From Eledone cirrhosa (lineage: Eukaryota): a stretch of DNA of 64,000 nucleotides. Positions 50,601 to 61,000 of this stretch are shown here, in pieces. Each line of letters starts with the position of its first letter. Position 1 is the stretch's first letter. Both the position numbers and the translations under genes were made by a program. A model generated the notes under the pieces. That model was not told the origin of the DNA and made no database searches. It was given only the letters and a program-made list of their open reading frames with translations. The stretch lies in assembly GCA_964016885.1 (NCBI GenBank), contig OZ024744.1, positions 16,306,001 to 16,370,000 of the forward strand. Direction: 5' to 3'.

Positions 50601-53600
50601 TATGAAGGAATTTGGAGGAGGAGAATATGATGGAAGTTGGAGAAGGAGAATATGAAGGAAGTTGAAGAAGGAGAGTATGAAGGAAGTTGAAGGAGGAGAA
50701 TATGAACGAATTTGGAGAAGGAGAGTATGAAGGAAGTTGGAGAATGAGAATCTGAAGGAAGTTGGAGAAGGAGAGTATGAAGGAAGTTGGAGAAGGAGAA
50801 TCTGAAGGAAGTTGGAGAAGGAGAGTATGAAGGAAGTTGGAGAAGTAGAGTATGAAGAAAGTTGGAGAAGGAGAATAGGAATGAAGTTGTGGAAGAAGGT
50901 ATGAAAGATGTTGGAGAAGGAGATAATGAAGGAAGTTGAAGGAGGAGAATATGAAGGAAGTTGAAGAAGGAAAATATGAAAAAAGTTGGAGAAGGAAAGT
51001 ATGCAGGAAGTTAGAGAAGGAGAGTATGAAGGAAGTTGGAGATGGAGAGTATGAAAGAAGTTGAGTAAGGAGAATATCAAGGAAGTTGGAGAAGGAGAGT
51101 GTGATTGAAGTTGGAGAAGGAGAGTATGAAGGAAGTTGGAGAAGGAGAATATGAAGGAAGTTGGAAAAGGAGAGTATGAAGGAGGTTGGAGGAGGAGAGT
51201 ATGAAGGAAGTTGGAGATGGAGAATATGAAGGAAGTTGCAGAAGGATAATATGAGGGAAGTTGGAGAAGGAGTGAATGAAGGAAGTTGGAGAAGTAGAAT
51301 ATGAAGGAAGTTGAAGGAGGAGAATATGAAGGAAGTTGAAGAAGGAGAATATGAAGGAATTTGCAGAAGGAGAGTATGAAGGAAGTTGGAGAAGGAGAGT
51401 ATGAAGGAAGTTGGAGAAGGAGAGTATGAAGGAGGTTGGAGGAGGAGAGTATGAAGGAAGTTGGAGAAGAAGAGTATGAAGGAAGTTGAAGGAAGAAAAT
51501 ATGAAGGAAGTTGGAGGAGGAGAATATGAAGGAAGTTGGAGAAGGTGAATAAGAAGGAAGTTGGAGAAGGAGAGTATGAAGTAAGTTGGAGAAAAAGAAT
51601 ATGAAGGAAGTTGGAGAAAGAGAGTATGAAGAAAGTTGAAGGAAGAGAATATGAAGGAAGTTGAAGAAGGAGAATATGAAGGAAGTTGAAGAAGGAGAGT
51701 ATGAAGAAAGTTGGAGAAGGAGAGTATGAAGGAAGTTGAAGAAGGAGAATATGAAGGAAGTTGGAGAAGAAGAGTATGAAGGAAGTTGAAGGAAGAAAAT
51801 ATGAAGGAAGTTGGAGGAGGAGAATATGAAGGAAGTTGGAGAAGTAGAACATGAAGGAAGTTGAAGAAGGAGAGTATGAAGGAATTTGGAGAAGGAGAGT
51901 ATGAAGGATGTTGAAGGAAGAAAATATGAAGGAAGTTGGAGAAGGAGAGTATGAAGGAAGTTGGGGAAGGAGAGTATGAAGGAAGTTGGAGAAGGAGAGT
52001 ATGAAGGAAGTTGGAGAAGGAGAGTATGAAGGAAGTTGAAGAAGGAGAATATGAAGGAAGTTGGAGAAGGAGAGTATGAAGGAAGTTGAAGGAGGAGAAG
52101 ATGAAGGAAGTTGAAGGAGGAGAATATGAACGAATTTGGAGAAGGAGAGTATGAAGGAAGTTGGAGAATGAGAATCTGAAGGAAGTTGGAGAAGGAGAGT
52201 ATGAAGGAAGTTGGAGAAGGAGAATCTGAAGGAAGTTGGAGAAGGAGAGTATGAAGGAAGTTGAAGAAGGAGAATCTGAAGGAAGTTGGAGAAGGAGAGT
52301 ATGAAGGAAGTTGGGGGAGGAGAATATGAAGGAAGTTGAAGGAGGAGAATATGAACGAAGTTGAAGAAGGAGAATATGAAGGAAGTTGAAGGGGGAGAAT
52401 ATGAAGGAAGTTGAAGAAGGAGAATCAGAAGGAAGTTGGAGAAGGAGAGAATGAAGGAAGTTGAAGAAGGAGAATCTGAAAGATGTTGGAGAAGGAGAGT
52501 ACTAAGGAAGTTGGAGAAGGAGAATCTGAAGGAAGTTGGAGAAGGAGAGTATGAAGGAAGTTGAAGGAGAAGTATATGAAGGAAGTTGAAGAAGGAGAAT
52601 CTGAAGGAAGTTGGAAAAGGAGAGTATGAAGGAAGTTGGAGAAGGAGAATATGAAGGAAGTTGGAGAAGGAGAGTATGAAGGAAGTTGAAGAAGTAAAAT
52701 CTGAAGGAAGTTGGAGGAGAGTATGAAGGAAGTTGGAGAAGGAGAATATGAAGGAAGTTGAAGAAGGAGAATATAAACGAATTTGGAGAAGGAGAGTATG
52801 AAGGAAGTTGGAGAATGAGAATCTGAAGGAAGTTGGAGAAGGAGAGTATGAAGGAAGTTGGAGAAGGAGAATCTGAAGGAAGTTGGAGAAGGAGAGTATG
52901 AAGGAAGTTGAAGGAGAAGAATATGAAGGAAGTTGAAGGAGAATCTGAAGGAAGTTGGAGAAGGAGAGTATGAAGGAAGTTGAAGAAGGAGAATCTGAAG
53001 GAAGTTGGAGATGGAGAGTATGGAGGAAGTTGGAGAAGGAGAGTATGAAGGAAGTTGGAGAAGGAGAGTATGAAGGAAGTTGAAGGAAGAGAATATGAAG
53101 GAAGTTGAAGAAGGAGAGTATGAAGGAATTTGGAGAAGGAGAGTATGAAGGAAGTTGAAGGAAGAAAATATGAAGGAAGTTGGAGAAGGAGAGTATGAAG
53201 GAAGTTGGGGAAGGAGAGTATGAAGGAAGTTGGAGAAGGAGAGTATGAAGGAAGTTGGAGAAGGAGAGTATGAAGGAAGTTGGAGAAGGAGAGTATGAAG
53301 GAAGTTGAAGAAGGAGAATATGAAGGAAGTTGGAGAAGAAGAGTATGAAGGAAGTTGAAGGAGGAGAACATGAAGGAAGTTGAAGAAGGAGAATCTGAAG
53401 GAAGTTGGAGAAGGAGAGTATGAAGGAAGTTGAAGGAGGAGAATATGAAGGAAGTTGAAGGAGGAGAATATGAACGAATTTGGAGAAGGAGAGTATGAAG
53501 GAAGTTGGAGAATGAGAATCTGAAGGAAGTTGGAGAAGGAGAGTATGAAGGAAGTTGTCGAAGGAGAATCTGAAAGAAGTTGGAGAAGGAGAGTATGAAG

Positions 53601-55084
53601 GAAGTTGAAGAAGGCGAATCTGAAGGAAGTTGGAGAAGGAGAGTATGGAGGAAGTTGGGGGAGGAGAATATGAAGGAAGTTGAAGGAGGAGAATATGAAC
53701 GAAGTTGAAGAAGGAGAATATGAAGGAAGTTGAAGGGGGAGAATATGAAGGAAGTTGAAGAAGGAGAATCAGAAGGAAGTTGGAGGAGGAGAGAATGAAG
53801 GAAGTTGAAGAAGGAGAATCTGAAAGATGTTGGAGAAGGAGAGTAGTAAGGAAGTTGGAGAAGGAGAATCTGAAGGAAGTTGGAGAAGGAGAGTATGAAG
53901 GAAGTTGAAGGAGGAGAATATGAAGGAAGTTGAAGGAGGAGAATATGAACGAAGTTGAAGAAGGAGAATATGAAGGAAGTTGAAGGAGAAGTATATGAAG
54001 GAAGTTGAAGAAGGAGAATCTGAAGGAAGTTGGAGAAAGAGAGTATGAAGGAAGTTGAAGAAGGAGAATCTGAAGGAAGTTGGAAAAGGAGAGTATTAAG
54101 GAAGTTGGAGAAGGAGAATATGAAGGAAGTTGGAGAAGGAGAGTATGAAGGCAGTTGAAGAAGGAAAATCTGAAGGAAGTTGGAGGAGAGTATGAAGGAA
54201 GTTGGAGAAGGAGAATATGAAGGAAGTTGAAGGAGGAGAATATAAACGAATTTGGAGAAGGAGAGTATGAAGGAAGTTGGAGAAGGAGAATCTGAAGGAA
54301 GTTGGAGAAGGAGAGTATGAAGGAAGTTGGGGAGGAGAATATGAAGGAAGTTGAAGGAGGAGAATATGAACGAAGTTGAAGAAGGAGAATATGAAGGAAG
54401 TTGAAGAAGGAGAATCAGAAGGAAGTCGGAGAAGGAGAGAATGAAGGAAGTTGAAGAAGGAGAATCTGAAAGATGTTGTAGAAGGAGAGTAGTAAGGAAG
54501 TTGGAGAAGGAGAATCTGAAGGAAGTTGGAGAAGGAGAGTATGAAGGAAGTTGAAGGAGAAGTATATGAAGGAAGTTGAAGAAGGAGAATCTGAAGGAAG
54601 TTGGAGAAAGAGAGTATGAAGGAAGTTGAAGAAGGAGAATCTGAAGGAAGTTGGAGAAGGAGAGTATGAATGCAGTTGAAGAAGGAAAATCTGAAGGAAG
54701 TTGGAGGAGAGTATGAAGGAAGTTGGAGAAGGAGAATATGAAGGAAGTTGAAGGAGGAGAATATAAACGAATTTGGAGAAGGAGAGTATGAAGGAAGTTG
54801 GAGAATGAGAATCTGAAGGAAGTTGGAGAAGGAGAGTATGAAGGAAGTTGGAGAAGGAGAATCTGAAGGAAGTTGGAGAAGGAGAGTATGAAGGAAGTTG
54901 GAGAAGTAGAGTATGAAGAAAGTTGGAGAAGGAGAATAGGAATGAAGTTGTGGAAGAAGGTATGAAAGAAGTTGGAGAAGGAGAATATGAAGGAAGTTGA
55001 AGGAGGAGAATATGAAGGAAGTTAGAAAAGGAGAGTATGAAGGAAGTTGGAGATGGAGAGTATGAAAGAAGTTGAATAAGGAGA

Positions 55085-58000
55085 ATATCAAGGAAGTTGG
55101 AGAAGGAGAGTGTGATTGAAGTTGGAGAAGGAGAGTATGAAGGAAGTTGGAGAAGGAGAATATGAAGGAAGTTGGAAAAGGAGAGTAAGAAGGAGGTTGG
55201 AAGAGGAGAGTATGAAGGAAGTTGGAGATGGAGGATATGAAGGAAGTTGGAGAAGGATAATACGAGGGAAGTTGGAGAAGGAGTGTATGAAGGAAGTTGG
55301 AGAAGGAGAATCTGAAGGAAGTTGGAGAAGGAGAGTATGAAGGAAGTTGAAGAAGGAGAATCTGAAGGAAGTTGGAGAAGGAGAGTATGAAGGAAGTTGG
55401 GGGAGGAGAATATGAAGGAAGTTGAAGGAGGAGAATATGAACGAAGTTGAAGAAGGAGAATATGAAGGAAGTTGAAGGGGGAGAATATGAAGGAAGTTGA
55501 AGAAGGAGAATCAGAAGGAAGTTGGAGAAGGAGAGAATGAAGGAAGTTGAAGAAGGAGAATCTGAAAGATGTTGGAGAAGGAGAGTACTAAGGAAGTTGG
55601 AGAAGGAGAATCTGAAGGAAGTTGGAGAAGGAGAGTATGAAGGAAGTTGAAGGAGAAGTATATGAAGGAAGTTGAAGAAGGAGAATCTGAAGGAAGTTGG
55701 AAAAGGAGAGTATGAAGGAAGTTGGAGAAGGAGAATATGAAGGAAGTTGGAGAAGGAGAGTATGAAGGAAGTTGAAGAAGTAAAATCTGAAGGAAGTTGG
55801 AGGAGAGTATGAAGGAAGTTGGAGAAGGAGAATATGAAGGAAGTTGAAGAAGGAGAATATAAACGAATTTGGAGAAGGAGAGTATGAAGGAAGTTGGAGA
55901 ATGAGAATCTGAAGGAAGTTGGAGAAGGAGAGTATGAAGGAAGTTGGAGAAGGAGAATCTGAAGGAAGTTGGAGAAGGAGAGTATGAAGGAAGTTGAAGG
56001 AGAAGAATATGAAGGAAGTTGAAGGAGAATCTGAAGGAAGTTGGAGAAGGATAGTATGAAGGAAGTTGAAGAAGGAGAATCTGAAGGAAGTTGGAGATGG
56101 AGAGTATGGAGGAAGTTGGAGAAGGAGAGTATGAAGGAAGTTGGAGAAGGAGAGTATGAAGGAAGTTGAAGAAGGATAATATGAACGAAGTTGGAGAAGG
56201 AGAGTATGAAGGAAGTTGGAGAAGGAGAGTATGAAGGAAGTTGAAGGAAGAGAATATGAAGGAAGTTGAAGAAGGAGAGTATGAAGGAATTTGGAGAAGG
56301 AGAGTATGAAGGAAGTTGAAGGAAGAAAATATGAAGGAAGTTGGAGAAGGAGAGTATGAAGGAAGTTGGGGAAGGAGAGTATGAAGGAAGTTGGAGAAGG
56401 AGAGTATGAAGGAAGTTGGAGAAGGAGAGTATGAAGGAAGTTGGAGAAGGAGAGAATGAAGGAAGTTGAAGAAGGAGAATATGAAGGAAGTTGGAGAAGA
56501 AGAGTATGAAGGAAGTTGAAGGAGGAGAACATGAAGGAAGTTGAAGAAGGAGAATCTGAAGGAAGTTGGAGAAGGAGAGTATGAAGGAAGTTGAAGGAGG
56601 AGAATATGAAGGAAGTTGAAGGAGGAGAATATGAACGAATTTGGAGAAGGAGAGTATGAAGGAAGTTGGAGAATGAGAATCTGAAGGAAGTTGGAGAAGG
56701 AGAGTATGAAGGAAGTTGTCGAAGGAGAATCTGAAAGAAGTTGGAGAAGGAGAGTATGAAGGAAGTTGAAGAAGGCGAATCTGAAGGAAGTTGGAGAAGG
56801 AGCGTATGGAGGAAGTTGGGGGAGGAGAATATGAAGGAAGTTGAAGGAGGAGAATATGAACGAAGTTGAAGAAGGAGAATATGAAGGAAGTTGAAGGGGG
56901 AGAATATGAAGGAAGTTGAAGAAGGAGAATCAGAAGGAAGTTGGAGGAGGAGAGAATGAAGGAAGTTGAAGAAGGAGAATCTGAAAGATGTTGGAGAAGG
57001 AGAGTAGTAAGGAAGTTGGAGAAGGAGAATCTGAAGGAAGTTGGAGAAGGAGAGTATGAAGGCAGTTGAAGAAGGAAAATCTGAAGGAAGTTGGAGGAGA
57101 GTATGAAGGAAGTTGGAGAAGGAGAATATGAAGGAAGTTGAAGGAGGAGAATATAAACGAATTTGGAGAAGGAGAGTATGAAGGAAGTTGGAGAAGGAGA
57201 ATCTGAAGGAAGTTGGAGAAGGAGAGTATGAAGGAAGTTGGGGTGGAGAATATGAAGGAAGTTGAAGGAGGAGAATATGAACGAAGTTGAAGAAGGAGAA
57301 TATGAAGGAAGTTGAAGGGGGAGAATATGAAGGAAGTTGAAGAAGGAGAATCAGAAGGAAGTCGGAGAAGGAGAGAATGAAGGAAGTTGAAGAAGGAGAA
57401 TCTGAAAGATGTTGGAGAAGGAGAGTAGTAAGGAAGTTGGAGAAGGAGAATCTGAAGGAAGTTGGAGAAGGAGAGTATGAAGGAAGTTGAAGGAGAAGTA
57501 TATGAAGGAAGTTGAAGAAGGAGAATCTGAAGGAAGTTGGAGAAAGAGAGTATGAAGGAAGTTGAAGAAGGAGAATCTGAAGGAAGTTGGAAAAGGAGAG
57601 TATTAAGGAAGTTGGAGAAGGAGAATATGAAGGAAGTTGGAGAAGGAGAGTATGAATGCAGTTGAAGAAGGAAAATCTGAAGGAAGTTGGAGGAGAGTAT
57701 GAAGGAAGTTGGAGAAGGAGAATATGAAGGAAGTTGAAGGAGGAGAATATAAACGAATTTGGAGAAGGAGAGTATGAAGGAAGTTGGAGAATGAGAATCT
57801 GAAGGAAGTTGGAGAAGGAGAGTATGAAGGAAGTTGGAGAAGGAGAATCTGAAGGAAGTTGGAGAAGGAGAGTATGAAGGAAGTTGGAGAAGTAGAGTAT
57901 GAAGAAAGTTGGAGAAGGAGAATAGGAATGAAGTTGTGGAAGAAGGTATGAAAGAAGTTGGAGAAGGAGAATATGAAGGAAGTTGAAGGAGGAGAATATG

Positions 58001-61000
58001 AAGAAAGTTAGAAAAGGAGAGTATGAAGGAAGTTGGAGATGGAGAGTATGAAAGAAGTTGAATAAGGAGAATATCAAGGAAGTTGGAGAAGGAGAGTGTG
58101 ATTGAAGTTGGAGAAGGAGAGTATGAAGGAAGTTGGAGAAGGAGAATATGAAGGAAGTTGGAAAAGGAGAGTAAGAAGGAGGTTGGAAGAGGAGAGTATG
58201 AAGGAAGTTGGAGATGGAGGATATGAAGGAAGTTGGAGAAGGATAATACGAGGGAAGTTGGAGAAGGAGTGTATGAAGGAAGTTGGAGAAGTAGAATATG
58301 AAGGAAGTTGAAGGAGGAGAATATGAAGGAAATTGAAGAAGGAGAATATGAAGGAATTTGGAGAAGGAGAGTATGAAGGAAGTTGGAGAAGGAGAGTATG
58401 AAGGAAGTTAGAGAAGGAGAATAAGAAGGAAGTTGGAGAAGGAGAGTATGAAGTAAGTTGGAGAAAAAGAATATGAAGGAAGGTGTGGAATAAGGTATGA
58501 AGGAAGTTGGAGAAGGAGAGTATGAAGGAAGTTGGAGAAGGAGAGTATGAAGGAAGTTGGAGAAGGAGAGTATGAAGGAAGATGAAGAAGGAGAATATGA
58601 AGAAAGTTGGAGAAGGAGAGTATGAAGGAAGTTGGAGAAGGAGAGTATGAAGGAAGTTGAAGGAAGAGAACATGAAGGAAGTTGAAGAAGGAGAATATGA
58701 AGGAAGTTGAAGAAGGAGAGTATGAAGGAAGTTGAAGGAAGAAAATATGAAGGAAGTTGGAGGAGGAGAATATGAAGGAAGTTGGAGAAGGAGAATATGA
58801 AGGAAGTTGAAGAAGGAGAGAATGAAGGAATTTGGAGAAGGAGAGTATGAAGGAAGTTGAAGGAAGAAAATATGAAGGAAGTTGGAGAAGGAGAGTATGA
58901 AGGAAGTTGGGGAAGGAGAGTATGAAGGAAGTTGGAAAAGGAGAGTATGAAGGAAGTTGGAGAAGGAGAGTATGAAGGAAGTTGGAGAAGGAGAGTATGA
59001 AGGAAGTTGAAGAAGAAGAATATGAAGGAAGTTGGAGAAGAAGAGTATGAAGGAAGTTGAAGGAGGAGAACATGAAGGAAGTTGGAGAAGGAGAGTATAA
59101 AGGAAGTTGAAGGAGGAGAATATGAAGGAAGTTGAAGGAGGAGAATATGAACGAATTTGGAGAAGGAGAGTATGAAGGAAGTTGGAGAATGAGAATCTGA
59201 AGGAAGTTGGAGAAAGAGAGAATGAAGGAAGTTGAAGAAGGAGAATCTGAAAGATGTTGGAGAAGGAGAGTAGTAAGGAAGTTGGAGAAGGAGAATCTGA
59301 AGGAAGTTGGAGAAGGAGAGTATGAAGGAAGTTGAAGGAGAAGTATATGAAGGAAGTTGAAGAAGGAGAATCTGAAGGAAGTTGGAGAAAGAGAGTATGA
59401 AGGAAGTTGAAGAAGGAGAATCTGAAGGAAGTTGGAAAAGGAGAGTATGAAGGAAGTTGAAGAAGGAAAATCTGAAGGAAGTTGGAGGAGAGTATGAAGG
59501 AAGTTGGAGAAGGAGAATATGAAGGAAGTTGAAGAAGGAGAATATAAACGAATTTGGGGAAGGAGAGTATGAAGGAAGTTGGAGAATGAGAATCTGAAGG
59601 AAGTTGGAGAAGGAGAGTATGAAGGAAGTTGGAGAAGGAGAATCTGAAGGAAGTTGGAGAAGGAGAGTATGAAGGAAGTTGAAGAAGGAGAATCTGAAGG
59701 AAGTTGGAGATGGAGAGTATGGAGGAAGTTAGAGAAGGAGAATATGAAGGAAATTGAAGGAAGAGAATATGAACGAAGTTGGAGAAGGAGAATATGAAGG
59801 AAGTTGAAGGAGGAGAATATGAAGGAAGTTGAAGAAGGAGAATCAGAAGGAAGTTGGAGAAGGAGAGTATGAAGGAAGTTGAAGAAGGAGAATCTGAAAG
59901 AAGTTGGAGAAGGAGAGTATGAAGGAAGTTGGAGAAGGAAAATCTGAAGGAAGTTGGAGAAAGAGAGTATGAAGGAATTTGAAGGAGAAGAATATGAAGG
60001 AAGTTGAAGAAGGAGAATCTGAAGGAAGTTGGAGAAGGAGAGCATGAATGAAGTTGAAGAAGGAGAATCTGAAGGAAGTTGGAGGAGAGTATGAAGGAAG
60101 TTGGAGAAAGAGAGTATGAAGGAAGTTGAAGGAGTATATGAACGAAGTTGGAGATGGAGAATATGAAGAAAGTTGAAGTAGGAGAATATGAAGTAAGTTG
60201 AAGAAGGAGAAACAGCAGAAGGAAGTTGTAGAAGGAGAGTATGAAGGAAGTTGGAGAAGGAGAATATGAAGTAAGTTGAAAAAGGAGAATCAGAAGGAAG
60301 TTGGAGAAGGAGAGTATGAAGGAAGTTGGAGAAGGAGAGTATGAAGGAAGTTGGAGAAGGAGAGTATGAAGGAAGTTGAAGAAGGAGAATATCAAGGAAG
60401 TTGGAGAAGGAGAGTGTGATTGAAGTTGGAGAAGGAGAGTATGAAGGAAGTTGGAGAAGGAGAATATGAAGGAAGTTGGAAAAGGAGAGTAAGAAGGAGG
60501 TTGGAAGAGGAGAGTATGAAGGAAGTTGGAGATGGAGGATATGAAGGAAGTTGGAGAAGGATAATACGAGGGAAGTTGGAGAAGGAGTGTATGAAGGAAG
60601 TTGGAGAAGGAGAATCTGAAGGAAGTTGGAGAAGGAGAGTATGAAGGAAGTTGAAGAAGGAGAATCTGAAGGAAGTTGGAGAAGGAGAGTATGAAGGAAG
60701 TTGGGGGAGGAGAATATGAAGGAAGTTGAAGGAGGAGAATATGAACGAAGTTGAAGAAGGAGAATATGAAGGAAGTTGAAGGGGGAGAATATGAAGGAAG
60801 TTGAAGAAGGAGAATCAGAAGGAAGTTGGAGAAGGAGAGAATGAAGGAAGTTGAAGAAGGAGAATCTGAAAGATGTTGGAGAAGGAGAGTACTAAGGAAG
60901 TTGGAGAAGGAGAATCTGAAGGAAGTTGGAGAAGGAGAGTATGAAGGAAGTTGAAGGAGAAGTATATGAAGGAAGTTGAAGAAGGAGAATCTGAAGGAAG

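Noticed and set aside
55116-55340. Short + strand ORFs (3743-3934, 14462-14653, 55116-55340, 58102-58311, 60420-60644, 63309-63518)
   Set aside because: They arise where variants or 24-bp units happen to remove or shift the periodic TGA. They recur only because the surrounding block is duplicated.
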